Source of the DNA: Clostridiales bacterium
GTDB taxonomy: Bacteria > Bacillota > Clostridia > Christensenellales > QALW01
Direction of reading: 5' to 3'
Assembly: GCA_015069575.1 (NCBI GenBank)
Contig: SVIH01000007.1
Coordinates: forward strand, 13,925-77,924
DNA: 64,000 nucleotides
Part shown: positions 39,770 to 50,255 of the stretch, in pieces
Layout: every line of letters begins with the position of its first letter
Position numbering within the stretch: position 1 is the stretch's first letter
The notes under the pieces: model-generated
What the model was told of the DNA's origin: nothing
Seen by the model: only the letters and a program-made list of their open reading frames with translations
Database searches by the model: none
Translations under genes and position numbers: made by a program

Positions 39770-40687
39770 TTATTCATCTGCCTTTATTTCATAAGGTGTT
39801 ACTTGGTAAACGTAGTAGTTAAGCCAGTTTGAATATATTAAATTTGCGTGACTGCGCCATGAAACAACAGGCTCGCGAGTATCATCATCGTTTGGAAAAT
39901 AATTTTTTGGCACTTTTATTTCCAAACCAAGATTTTTATCCCTGAAATACTCTTTTTTAAGTGTATCGGCATCGTATTCTGAATGGCCTGTAATAAATAT
40001 TTGCTTGCCTGAATCAGTTGCTAAAGCATATATACCTGCTTCTTGGCTTGTTGCAATAATACGAAGCTCAGGAACTTTTTCAATATCTTCCCTTTTAACT
40101 TCTGTATGCCTTGAATGTGGTGCCATAAAAACATCATCAGCGCCCCTGAAAAGCATTGATGAACGCCTTTCAACCTTATGAGGAAAAACACCGAACATTT
40201 TTTCTTTTAACGGATATTTGTTTATACCAAAGTGGTAATAAAGCCCTGCCTGAGCACCCCAACAAATATGAAAAGTACTTGTAACGTGGGTTTTAGTCCA
40301 CTCCATAATCTCGCAAAGTTCATCCCAATATTCAACTTGTTCAAAATCCATTTTTTCTACCGGTGCGCCTGTTATAATCATACCGTCAAAATGTTTATGT
40401 TTAACATCATTAAATGTTTTATAAAAGGCTAAAAGATGTTCTTTTGAAACATTTTTTGATTGATGGGTGCTTGTATGGATAAGTTCAAGTTCAACCTGAA
40501 GCGGTGTATTACCTAAAAGGCGGGCAAGCTGTGTTTCAGTTTCCACCTTTGTGGGCATCAGGTTCAATAAAAGTATTTTTAATGGCCTGATATCCTGCGA
40601 AAGCGCACGGGTTTCGGTCATTACAAATATATTTTCACTAAGCAAAGTTTCCGTTGCAGGAAGCGCATTAGGAATCTTAATGGGCAT
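39770..40687 (-). CDS. metA: homoserine O-acyltransferase (MetA family, likely acetyltransferase)
   Basis: MPIKIP, LNLMP, ITGAPVE (Glu at the acetyl/succinyl specificity position), [19 protein letters not shown]. Confidence 0.93.
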   Translation of the reverse strand: MPIKIPNALPATETLLSENIFVMTETRALSQDIRPLKILLLNLMPTKVETETQLARLLGNTPLQVELELIHTSTHQSKNVSKEHLLAFYKTFNDVKHKHFDGMIITGAPVEKMDFEQVEYWDELCEIMEWTKTHVTSTFHICWGAQAGLYYHFGINKYPLKEKMFGVFPHKVERRSSMLFRGADDVFMAPHSRHTEVKREDIEKVPELRIIATSQEAGIYALATDSGKQIFITGHSEYDADTLKKEYFRDKNLGLEIKVPKNYFPNDDDTREPVVSWRSHANLIYSNWLNYYVYQVTPYEIKADE

Positions 40688-40699
40688 TTAGTATTCTCC

Positions 40700-41986
40700 T
40701 TATTTTAAAGTATTAAGCGCCTGATCAAGATCACAAATTAAATCATCAACATTTTCAATACCCACTGATAATCTTATAAGATCAGGTGAAACGCCTGCAG
40801 CAACAAGTTCATCATCAGACATCTGACGGTGTGTTGCACTTGCAGGGTGTAAACAACATGTTTTTGCATCAGCAACGTGAGTTTCAACAGAAGCAAGTTT
40901 TAATTGTTTCATAAATGCTTCAGCGGCTTTTCTTCCGCCCTTAACGCCAAAACTTACTACACCGCACTGACCTTTGGGAAGATATTTCATAGCTAAATCA
41001 TAGTCCTTATCACCTTTAAGGCCTGAATATTTAACCCAAGAAACAAGAGGGTGATTTGAAAGGAACGTTGCAATTTTTAAAGCATTTTCGCTATGGCGTT
41101 CCATACGAACATGAAGGCTTTCCAAGCCTAAATTAAGTAAATATGCGTTTTGTGGTGACTGAATTGAACCAAAATCACGCATAAGTTGCGCAGTTGCTTT
41201 TGTAATGAATGCGCCTTCCAAGCCAAAGCGTTCTGTATATGTTACACCGTGATAGCTTTCATCCGGTGTTGTAAGACCTGGGAATTTATCAGCATACTTA
41301 TTCCAATCAAACTTACCACTATCAACAATACATCCGCCAACGCCTGAACCGTGACCATCCATATACTTTGTTGTTGAATGTGTTACAATATCTGCGCCAA
41401 ATTCAAAGGGACGGCACAAAAATGGTGTTGCAAAAGTGTTATCAATAATTAACGGAACGCCGTGGTTGTGTGCTGCTTTTGCAAAGCGCTCTATATCTAA
41501 AACTATAAGTGCGGGGTTTGCAATAGTTTCGCCAAACACAGCCTTGGTGTTAGGTTTAAACGCTTGTTCAAGTTCTTCATCGGAGCAATATGGTGAAACA
41601 AATGTAAATTCAATACCCATTCTTTTCATAGTAACAGAGAAAAGGTTGAATGTGCCACCATAAACAGCAGAAGCGCAAACAATATGATCACCGCAGGATG
41701 CAATATTGAAAATTGAATAAAAGTTTGCAGCCTGTCCTGAAGAGGTAAGCATTGCGGCAGTACCACCTTCTAATGCTGCTATTTTTGAAGCTACAAAATC
41801 GTTGGTGGGATTTTGTAATCTTGTATAAAAATATCCACTTGCCTCAAGATCAAAAAGCTTGCCCATATCTTCGCTTGTATCGTATTTAAATGTTGTACTT
41901 TGAATAATGGGAATCTGCCTTGGCTCACCGTTTCCGGGAACATAGCCTGCCTGAATGCATTTGGTTTCAATATTTAATTCTTTCAT
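40700..41986 (-). CDS. metY: O-acetylhomoserine aminocarboxypropyltransferase (sulfhydrylase)
   Basis: YTRLQNPT, SSGQAA, DNTFATP, HSTTKY, HPASATH, IRLSVGIE. Confidence 0.9.
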   Translation of the reverse strand: MKELNIETKCIQAGYVPGNGEPRQIPIIQSTTFKYDTSEDMGKLFDLEASGYFYTRLQNPTNDFVASKIAALEGGTAAMLTSSGQAANFYSIFNIASCGDHIVCASAVYGGTFNLFSVTMKRMGIEFTFVSPYCSDEELEQAFKPNTKAVFGETIANPALIVLDIERFAKAAHNHGVPLIIDNTFATPFLCRPFEFGADIVTHSTTKYMDGHGSGVGGCIVDSGKFDWNKYADKFPGLTTPDESYHGVTYTERFGLEGAFITKATAQLMRDFGSIQSPQNAYLLNLGLESLHVRMERHSENALKIATFLSNHPLVSWVKYSGLKGDKDYDLAMKYLPKGQCGVVSFGVKGGRKAAEAFMKQLKLASVETHVADAKTCCLHPASATHRQMSDDELVAAGVSPDLIRLSVGIENVDDLICDLDQALNTLK

Positions 41987-42010
41987 AACTTTTCTCCTTA
42001 AAACGAAAGT

Positions 42011-42056
42011 ATCCTATTTTGTATAGAATTATAACACTTAATATTTATATTGTCAA
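42011..42056 (-). promoter_or_regulatory. met promoter with a palindromic operator at the start site
   Basis: TTGACA-17 nt-TATAAT; imperfect inverted repeat ATCCTAT-tttgt-ATAGAAT at 42011-42029. Confidence 0.6.
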
Positions 42057-42088
42057 AATAATTTAGAAAGTAATATTTACTATAAAAA

Positions 42089-42123
42089 ATCTCCTGTGAT
42101 ATTAATATTACCACAGGAGATTA
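42089..42123 (-). terminator. terminator after the large glycoside hydrolase gene
   Basis: atctcctgtg...cacaggagat hairpin with a U tract on the minus strand. Confidence 0.75.
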
Positions 42124-42126
42124 TTA

Positions 42127-45100
42127 TTAATTATAAACATAAAGTACCATATCACAGGTTTGCTTACTGCCAATACTCCACGAACCCCAGGGGGTAGAAG
42201 TAAAAGTACCTTGTGAAACAATCTTACCTGTTCTTGGATTATACCACATATAATTATATTCGGTACTCTTCTGAAGGTTACTAAGCATTCCTGTTGCAGT
42301 ACCTGCACTTCCTGTTGCGTTGGGTGTTTGTGCAATTGAAGTATCTGAGAAGTTAAGGAAATAGGCAACTATCTTGCTATTATCCTCATTTGATGCAATA
42401 ACTGCCTGTGCTCCTGTTGTACGAGCAAGATAGCTTGTATCATCAAAGCGTGGAATAAGCGTATGCCAATCTTTAACGGTATTTTCAAAGAAATCGCGCA
42501 TATATCCCATTTGGTCAGCACTCTTAAGATTTAACGCTTTTTTCCAATCGTTAGCTGCTTTACGCTCTTCAAGGGTTAATGTATCAACCCCATCGGTTTG
42601 GTCGTCCCGATCATAAGTATAATTACCTTCATACTGCCAGGTACCCTGACCACCCCAGCCGTAACCGAACATACCGCTTAAATAAGCAAGCCAGCCTTGT
42701 GCACGGGCACCAAATTCCTTAGTTTGAAGCATATCGTAGTAGCCTTCGTAGTTTACAACTACCTCATCGGTATTTTCCCAATAGTTTTTAGGCGCTATGT
42801 GCATTTTTGTAAGACCTTCTGCACTAAATGTAATCTTCCACTGTGATGCATACCAAGTGTGTACTTTCGCACCATCAGGTGTTTTCACATCATTAAACAC
42901 ATCCCAGAAATTACCGTTTCTGGAATTATTGTCAGAATAATCCTGATAGCGCGCAGCACCTTCCTGATGTGCAGTTAAAGCACTCTTATAAGGATCGTGT
43001 TTGCCGATGTACTGAGCAACAAGCTTATATGGGTTGTTTGCCTTACCCCACATAGGATGGCTAAATCCGCTGGTAACTCTATCCATATCGTCGCCAAAGA
43101 AATAGTCGTTATCAACTTCCTGACCTAAAGTCCACATTACAGGATATGATGAATATCTTGCAACCCAGTACCTTGAAAGGAGTTCAAGTTCTTGTTTAAC
43201 ATCATCTGTAAAATCATAAAGATTTACGGTGAAATCTTTTTCAGCTCTCGAACCATCTTCATCAGTATAAGAATAATACATTGCCTGGGTGCCCATTATT
43301 TTATCTTCATCAACACCGTAAAGTACTATGGGCTGTCCCTTTTCATCTACGTCTTGCGTATCTGCATCATCTTTGGGATGAACTAAAACATTTCCGTTTT
43401 CATCAGTAAGTGTAACACCCTGATTATTATAAAGCTTACCAAAGTAAGTAATAAAATCATCCATCTGATCCGGGAAGAAGAACTGCGAATTAGCGTGCAC
43501 CAGACCGTTTTGCGCAATATACTTAAACTTTTCATCAAACCTATTAAACGAAACAAGATCTGTTACATCAACGCTATTATTAAGTTTGTTTGAGAAATTA
43601 CATTGGGTCTGCATTACTGTAAAGCCCTGTTCTTTACGCTTGTTTACAACACTTTGAACAACATTTAAGGGTTCTTCGGTAAATTTCCAATGTGTATCGC
43701 CTAAATAGAAGAACGGTGTTCCGTCTGCATAGGTAAAGTGTTTTTGCCTTGTAGTATCGTTGCCATCAAGATTTGCAGTTACAAAGCCGTGCTTATAAAT
43801 ATCAAGATCACCAAGATATTTCTGGCACTCTATCCTGCCTGTTTGATTATGAAGCCCGATATTTTGGGCATCATCGCACACGGTCGTATAGGTCCAAACA
43901 CCATCAGTTGGGCAAACAAAGCGGGCGCGCCATATTTTACCGCCATCCCAGAAGCAAGGAATAGTATATGTAACATTACCGTTAGTTAAAATAAGATCCA
44001 TTTTTACTTCACGATAGGCATCATTATACCACTTATCACTTACAAATATTGCTTCGTTTGAAACCCAAGTTTCAGCATTTTTAACGGGCTGTGCAAGTTC
44101 AGAAAAATCAACGTGTGTTAAAGTGAAATCATCAATGAAAAGAGTTTGTACATTTTCGTTGATACTTTGCAAGCAATAATCCCATTTACCTGCTGTACCA
44201 ATATCAGTATTCCTTACATCTAAGGTTACAGTATAGGTTTCCCACACGCCATTTCCCACGGCTAAAGCACTGTTTAAGCTATAACGATACTGACCGTCAC
44301 TTTGCTCTTTTATAAATGAGTTTTCTTCTTTTTTGCCTGCGCGGATAACGGTGCTGAAGGGATTGGTACTGCAATCACCGGTTATCTTATATTTAAAGCT
44401 GATAGTATACTGACCTTCTTTTTTAATGTACTGTGAAAGGTCAATAGCAAGGCTCTGCCAAGAGCCTACTTTATCAAAATAAATACATTGGCCGCCGTTA
44501 TCATCAGAAACTAGACCGTACGTTTTAAGCGAGCTTCCGTAATTCTTCCAAGCTGTGTTGCTTAAAGCAGTTGCCTTATCAAAATCAGAGCTGATTGAAG
44601 GGATAAGATTTTCTATTGTTGTGCCTGAAGTACCACCGCTTAAAAGATCATCTTCATCTTCAAGATCATAATCATCGCTATAATTACCGTTTAACATATC
44701 TTTGTATTTGTTTGCAGAAACACCGTAATTATTAAGTGACTGTACAATTTCGCCAACTGAAGAACTTGAATATTTTGACTGAATATAGGCATTTACATTG
44801 TATTTAACAGTAGTAATTACTACACCATCTTTTATAAGTTCCAATGTAAATACTTTATTGAATTCAGTGGCTAAAATACCATCAGTATAGAAAATATATG
44901 TACCATCATTTTGCTTAATAAGTTCTTCTTTGTTGATTTCTTGATTATTTAATTTTATTACAACATTTTCATCATTTAAAACAAGGCGGAAATAAATTTT
45001 ATTTACATTTGCCATGTTAAGACTTGCTGATTTAACATAGTTTTCAGCATCACTATTCCCTTCAATAGTTTTAACACCATTAGGTGAAGTGAATGATGTT

Positions 45101-48100
45101 TTATAGCTCTTTATCCATGATGAAGCATCAGCAGGGTCATCAAGTTTATACTGCTGCCTTACCTGAGCAGCTTTACCATAAACAAGAGTATCAGCAAGCA
45201 ACGCCCTTAAAATGTGTACATTGATTTTACTGTTAAGTTCGCTTGAATCCTTTTGCACCATTGAATCACAGTATGCTTTTACACTATATTCTTCTTTTTT
45301 ATCTAAAACAGTTTCACCATCTAAAAGAAGTTCTGCTTTAATTAAATCAGTCATACACTGTGGGTTAATACCCGTATATGTAAACTTATATAATTGATAC
45401 GCACTATCATAAACGCCATCAACTGTTTTTACAGCGCCGTTTTCATTGGTAAAACGCATTGTAACACGAGATGGGTCTGCTTCAAAATAAGCATAATAAT
45501 CAATATTAAGGCTTGAGCCAATATTAAGGGTTGCACCTTCAATACTGCTATGTTTATAAGTTATATTAGTTGCTATGTTTCCGTTATTTTCTCTTATTGT
45601 AACATTATTATTAAAGTAAGTTTCAGAACCTATATATTGAATGTTATACACATTATCACATTGATGGAATGTGAAAGGTTTAATTTCAGTAACTTCTTTT
45701 GGAATTATAATATTACCTGAAAGAAGGGTATCACCACAAAAAGCATGAGCGCCAATTGAAGTAACAGTTTTAGGCATAACAACTGTTTTAAGGTTTATAC
45801 ATTTTTCAAATGCAAAATCACCAATGGTTTGCAACTTGTTTGGCAAAGTAACCTTAGTTAATTTTGCACGGTATTTAAATGCGCTGTCACCTATTTCAGT
45901 TACGGGTAGGTTATTAATTGTGTTTGGAATTGTAATTTCCCCGTGAATATCCATTTTACTGCCTGTAATTTTTACTTTACCATCATTAACTTCATAATCA
46001 AGGTAATTTATAACTGAGTTCTGTGGAATAGCAGTAGGTTCGGGTGTTATCACCGGCACCTGTACAAATGGTGTTGGTGTTGGATATGGTTTTGAATAAG
46101 TTGAGTTATCAGCACTATATTCAATGGTAAGTTCATCAATGAAATATTCATATGAGCCGTTTGCAAAACCGCCACTTGAACCGTTAAGACGAAGAACAAG
46201 ATCATAAGCATTTTTATAATAAGCGTGTTTAGTTAGTTCTGTTCCATCTGCGCCTATGCCCGTTCTTAATTCTTTAAGCATATTAAGATAATCTTCAGTA
46301 ATATTCATAGTAACAGTAAATTTCTGCCACGCATTTGTTAAAGTAATACTTCCAAAAGATCTATAAGAATTAAGTTTGTAGTCTTTACTTAAATATGGCT
46401 CTAACGCAGTGCTGTCATAATGAACGTTTTTTACGGTTGTGCCAACAGAGAAAGTTCCTCCATTTCCTGACTTTGCATAGAAACTAACCTTGTAATAACC
46501 TGCACCACAGCCTGTAAGATTATAATCAGCATCATTTATAATTGCAGGCGCAATATTAAATGAAACAGATTCGTGTTGGCTAGTGCTTGCTACATTACCT
46601 GATGGAATAAATCTAATAGCGTTTTCTGTGCCGTTAGCACCGGGCTGAACGTAACCAATGCTACCGCCATGGAATTTATCCCAGTTAACAGCGCCACTTT
46701 CAGCATCGCCGTTATAAACAGTTTTTATTGCATCAGGATCTGCGGTAGGTTTTGTAACATAGTTTTGCTTACGAATTGCATCAAGAGTTTGTTTTAATGC
46801 ATCTAATCTTTCTGTATTAACAGGATCATTTTTTAATAAATTGCCTTCTTCATCGCAGTTAAGCGTTGGGCAAAGCCATCCGCCTTCATCATGTTCGTTC
46901 CATGCGTATGAGAAAACAAGATTAGGCTGTGTTTTTTCAGTGTATTGCTGTGTAAGATTATATACGTTTGCAAAATGCTCCTTGAACGCAGATAAATCCA
47001 ATTCAGTAGTATATTTGTTACCAAACGGTTTGCCTGCATCAGTTGTTGCATCAGGATCGCCACTAATCCATGAAACCTTCTTTTCAATTCTTGGTCTTGC
47101 ATCAAAGCCTGTTGAGAAGAACGGTACAACCTGATGATTGCCGTTAGGATCAGCATCAAGCATAACTTTTAATTTATTTTCAAGCCTTAAAGTATAATCG
47201 CTATATGGTTCGCCCTGCATATTTGCAGTGAAGGAATATAACGTAACTGCATCCATATCCCTATCATAAATTTTTGCATCAAAATCATCGTAATCGGTGT
47301 TCATACCGATAATGTAAAGGGATTCAGAAATGCCTGCGCGATATGCCATTTGGCGAACTTCTTTAACTTGCTGGGCAGTCCAATTTGTTGCATTTACATT
47401 ATAAAGGAATAAAACAGGTCTTCCGCTTACCCTTAACCAGCAGGGATCTTTCATAGCGGTAAAAAGTTCAAACATTGCCGGTGCCAAACGAATTTTTTCA
47501 AGAATACCCGACATCTTAATAAGGTTTTTCTTTTCACTTTGGAGATGAAGTTTACGGGCTGTGCTCATATTAGAATCGGAATCGTACCAAAGATATGAGA
47601 AATAATCTAATCCTGCTTCATGGGCATAAAGTGCTTCCTGTTCCCAGGTTTCCATAGTATATTCAGGGAAAGCAATTTTGCCTTCTGCTGTTATATCAGC
47701 AAAGAAAGGAGCACGATAGTGATATTTTGCAGGTGAAAGTACACTTGCAACCTGTGAAGAAGACGCATAATTGCCAAGTTCACTATCTGCTACGCTATCA
47801 GGAATTACTGCTGATTTTACAAAAGCATCCCAACGAACAGTACCAACCTGAGTATAGTTACCCCTTACGATTTCTGTTTTTTCTGCAACGTTATGATCGG
47901 AATAGTATGCCCCAACGTTATCTATATAAATAATGTCATCAGCGCCAAGTGTTGCATTTAAACCATCAAAACAAAGCATCCAAGCACCGTCAGTGTTATC
48001 AATATCTTCCTGTGTTATATCAATAACGTACTCAAATCTTTGCCACGTGCCACTTGTTGCATTAACAGCATTTGATTTATCACTTTTGTTGTTTATATAA

Positions 48101-48543
48101 TCGTTACTTGAGAAAAGAGAGCCCCTTGTTCCATCATGCTGTGTGCAAGCTGAAAGAATATTTGCCGTATCGGTGCGCACACAATATGAAGCCTGAATAT
48201 TTTTTACAGGTGAGTAAAGATCAAAAGATATGTATATTCTGCCCGGCTTTGTAACATAAGGTCTTAAATTAAACGCAGGTGACTGATATGAGTTTTCACC
48301 TGTATGTGTATATTTAATTACCTTGCCTTCACCTTTTGGGTTTTCAACGACCTTTATATCCCCTTTTGAAACAACTGTCCAAGAGGTTTCATCGTTCTCA
48401 AAGGTAGAAGTTTTTTCGTCAAGTAAATTTTCGTCCAAATCGCTATTCGTTACATTTTGGCTTGCGCTTACAAATGAAATACCTAAGTTAAAGCACCCTA
48501 AAACAAATGTAATTGTAAGCACTAAGCATAAAAGTTTTTTCAT
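42127..48543 (-). CDS. secreted 2138-aa multimodular carbohydrate-active protein: CBM-like x3, GH99/WbsX-like domain, BspA-type LRR, DUF5060/DUF4038 (apiosidase-like) domain
   Basis: Signal peptide; VRWDA...YAWNEHDEGGWLCPT; PTPTP linker; LRR_5 repeats (VTEIGDSAF, LQTIGDFAF, VTSIGAHAF); CFWDGGKIWRARF, ADGTPFFYLGDTHW, WTLGQE, NYEGYY, WYNPRTG. Confidence 0.72.
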   Translation of the reverse strand: MKKLLCLVLTITFVLGCFNLGISFVSASQNVTNSDLDENLLDEKTSTFENDETSWTVVSKGDIKVVENPKGEGKVIKYTHTGENSYQSPAFNLRPYVTKPGRIYISFDLYSPVKNIQASYCVRTDTANILSACTQHDGTRGSLFSSNDYINNKSDKSNAVNATSGTWQRFEYVIDITQEDIDNTDGAWMLCFDGLNATLGADDIIYIDNVGAYYSDHNVAEKTEIVRGNYTQVGTVRWDAFVKSAVIPDSVADSELGNYASSSQVASVLSPAKYHYRAPFFADITAEGKIAFPEYTMETWEQEALYAHEAGLDYFSYLWYDSDSNMSTARKLHLQSEKKNLIKMSGILEKIRLAPAMFELFTAMKDPCWLRVSGRPVLFLYNVNATNWTAQQVKEVRQMAYRAGISESLYIIGMNTDYDDFDAKIYDRDMDAVTLYSFTANMQGEPYSDYTLRLENKLKVMLDADPNGNHQVVPFFSTGFDARPRIEKKVSWISGDPDATTDAGKPFGNKYTTELDLSAFKEHFANVYNLTQQYTEKTQPNLVFSYAWNEHDEGGWLCPTLNCDEEGNLLKNDPVNTERLDALKQTLDAIRKQNYVTKPTADPDAIKTVYNGDAESGAVNWDKFHGGSIGYVQPGANGTENAIRFIPSGNVASTSQHESVSFNIAPAIINDADYNLTGCGAGYYKVSFYAKSGNGGTFSVGTTVKNVHYDSTALEPYLSKDYKLNSYRSFGSITLTNAWQKFTVTMNITEDYLNMLKELRTGIGADGTELTKHAYYKNAYDLVLRLNGSSGGFANGSYEYFIDELTIEYSADNSTYSKPYPTPTPFVQVPVITPEPTAIPQNSVINYLDYEVNDGKVKITGSKMDIHGEITIPNTINNLPVTEIGDSAFKYRAKLTKVTLPNKLQTIGDFAFEKCINLKTVVMPKTVTSIGAHAFCGDTLLSGNIIIPKEVTEIKPFTFHQCDNVYNIQYIGSETYFNNNVTIRENNGNIATNITYKHSSIEGATLNIGSSLNIDYYAYFEADPSRVTMRFTNENGAVKTVDGVYDSAYQLYKFTYTGINPQCMTDLIKAELLLDGETVLDKKEEYSVKAYCDSMVQKDSSELNSKINVHILRALLADTLVYGKAAQVRQQYKLDDPADASSWIKSYKTSFTSPNGVKTIEGNSDAENYVKSASLNMANVNKIYFRLVLNDENVVIKLNNQEINKEELIKQNDGTYIFYTDGILATEFNKVFTLELIKDGVVITTVKYNVNAYIQSKYSSSSVGEIVQSLNNYGVSANKYKDMLNGNYSDDYDLEDEDDLLSGGTSGTTIENLIPSISSDFDKATALSNTAWKNYGSSLKTYGLVSDDNGGQCIYFDKVGSWQSLAIDLSQYIKKEGQYTISFKYKITGDCSTNPFSTVIRAGKKEENSFIKEQSDGQYRYSLNSALAVGNGVWETYTVTLDVRNTDIGTAGKWDYCLQSINENVQTLFIDDFTLTHVDFSELAQPVKNAETWVSNEAIFVSDKWYNDAYREVKMDLILTNGNVTYTIPCFWDGGKIWRARFVCPTDGVWTYTTVCDDAQNIGLHNQTGRIECQKYLGDLDIYKHGFVTANLDGNDTTRQKHFTYADGTPFFYLGDTHWKFTEEPLNVVQSVVNKRKEQGFTVMQTQCNFSNKLNNSVDVTDLVSFNRFDEKFKYIAQNGLVHANSQFFFPDQMDDFITYFGKLYNNQGVTLTDENGNVLVHPKDDADTQDVDEKGQPIVLYGVDEDKIMGTQAMYYSYTDEDGSRAEKDFTVNLYDFTDDVKQELELLSRYWVARYSSYPVMWTLGQEVDNDYFFGDDMDRVTSGFSHPMWGKANNPYKLVAQYIGKHDPYKSALTAHQEGAARYQDYSDNNSRNGNFWDVFNDVKTPDGAKVHTWYASQWKITFSAEGLTKMHIAPKNYWENTDEVVVNYEGYYDMLQTKEFGARAQGWLAYLSGMFGYGWGGQGTWQYEGNYTYDRDDQTDGVDTLTLEERKAANDWKKALNLKSADQMGYMRDFFENTVKDWHTLIPRFDDTSYLARTTGAQAVIASNEDNSKIVAYFLNFSDTSIAQTPNATGSAGTATGMLSNLQKSTEYNYMWYNPRTGKIVSQGTFTSTPWGSWSIGSKQTCDMVLYVYN

Positions 48544-48725
48544 TAAATCTTTTCCTCTCTAATATGCCAATTCTATAATATATTAATAATACCATATATA
48601 AAATGAAAAGTCAAAAAATTTTTTGTCGATTAATTGTTTACATAAATTTAATCAAGCAGTATTGAAATACATTGTGACATATGTTATACTATATAAAAAA
48701 ATTTATTATAAGGAGGGATACAGAT

Positions 48726-50255
48726 TTGAATCCAAAATTACGGGAAAAAACAATGGAATCACTTTCTGCAGTTCTTCCTATAACTACTATAGTTTTGCTT
48801 ATCAGTATTTTTCTTGTACCGTTAGAACTTGGAAGTATTACGCTGTTTACTGTTGGTGCAGTTATGCTTATATTTGGAATGGGCTTTTTCCAGTTAGGTG
48901 CTGAAATTGCTATGACCCCTATCGGTGAAGGTCTTGGCGTACAGATTTCTAAAACTAAAAAACTTTTTATGGTACTTTTAATTGGCTTTATTATGGGCGC
49001 AATTATTACCATATCAGAGCCTGATTTACAGGTTTTGGCTGAACAGGTGCCATCGGTGCCTAATCTTATTCTTATTTTGACTGTTGCCGTAGGCGTAGGC
49101 ATTTTTCTTGCAGTGGCAATAATAAGAATAAAATATAAAATCAGTTTATCGGTTATTCTTATTATTTTATATACATTGTTGTTGATAGGTTCATTTTTTG
49201 TTCCAAAGGATTTTTTAGCAGTTGCTTTTGATTCGGGCGGAGTTACTACAGGTCCTATGACCGTTCCTTTTATTATGGCGTTGGGTGTTGGGCTTGCTTC
49301 AATGCGTAACGACAAAGATGCGGCAAGTGATAGTTTCGGTCTTGTTGCACTTTCAAGTATTGGCCCCATTCTTGCAGTGTTGATTCTTGGTTGCTTTTTT
49401 AATCCTGCCGATATAGATGGCGTTATTATAAATATTGAAAATGTTGTAACCACAAGAGATGTGGCATACGTTTTTGCAAAAAATATTCCCCATTATTTAG
49501 AAGAAGTTTTTATTTCGTTATTCCCCATCGCGTTAGTTTTTATAATCTTTCAAATTTCAACACACCGTTATCATAAAAGACAAGTTTTAAGAATTTCATT
49601 TGGTCTTGTTTACACATACATCGGTCTTGTTTTGTTTTTGTGCGGTGTTAATGTTGGTTTTGCACCTGTTGGCTCTTTTATCGGTGAAAAGGTTGCAGGG
49701 CTTAATTATAACTGGATTCTTATTCCTATCGGCATGCTTATCGGTTACTTTATTGTTAAAGCCGAGCCTGCTATACAGATTCTTAACCATCAGGTTGAAA
49801 CAGTTACTGAAGGTGCAGTTTCAGTTAAAATGATGGACCGCTGTATGTCTTTAGGTGTTGCAATAAGCGTTGGACTTGCGATGTTAAGAGTTTTAGTTGG
49901 AATTTCAATTATCTGGATAATCGTTCCCGGTTACATTATTGCTTTATTGCTTTCGTTATTTGTACCTAAAATATTCGTTGGTATTGCTTTTGACTCCGGT
50001 GGTGTTGCCAGCGGACCGATGACTTCAACCTTTTTATTGCCCTTAAGTATTGGCGTTTGCAAGGCACTTGGCGGCAACTTAATGACTGATGCTTTCGGCG
50101 TTGTTGCCTTGGTTGCGCTTACACCGTTAATTGCAATTCAGCTTATGGGTCTTGTATATCAGATTAAGACAAGAAAACAAGAGAAGATATTAATAGAAAC
50201 TACTGTGCTTCCTGACGACAGTGATATTATTGTTGATCTTGAGGAGGATGTATAA
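48726..50255 (+). CDS. DUF1538 membrane protein (two repeats fused)
   Basis: Internal repeats ISEPDL/KAEPAI and AFDSGGVTTGPMT/AFDSGGVASGPMT; TTG start after aggagg. Confidence 0.88.
   Translation: MNPKLREKTMESLSAVLPITTIVLLISIFLVPLELGSITLFTVGAVMLIFGMGFFQLGAEIAMTPIGEGLGVQISKTKKLFMVLLIGFIMGAIITISEPDLQVLAEQVPSVPNLILILTVAVGVGIFLAVAIIRIKYKISLSVILIILYTLLLIGSFFVPKDFLAVAFDSGGVTTGPMTVPFIMALGVGLASMRNDKDAASDSFGLVALSSIGPILAVLILGCFFNPADIDGVIINIENVVTTRDVAYVFAKNIPHYLEEVFISLFPIALVFIIFQISTHRYHKRQVLRISFGLVYTYIGLVLFLCGVNVGFAPVGSFIGEKVAGLNYNWILIPIGMLIGYFIVKAEPAIQILNHQVETVTEGAVSVKMMDRCMSLGVAISVGLAMLRVLVGISIIWIIVPGYIIALLLSLFVPKIFVGIAFDSGGVASGPMTSTFLLPLSIGVCKALGGNLMTDAFGVVALVALTPLIAIQLMGLVYQIKTRKQEKILIETTVLPDDSDIIVDLEEDV

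Noticed and set aside
39647-39770. His T-box or attenuator leader peptide
   Set aside because: The promoter is about 30 bp from the start codon, with no T-box motif or His-codon run.
48689-49453. 254-aa minus-strand ORF and similar antisense ORFs (e.g. 9647-10195, 62580-62939)
   Set aside because: These are shadow frames of well-supported genes on the opposite strand.
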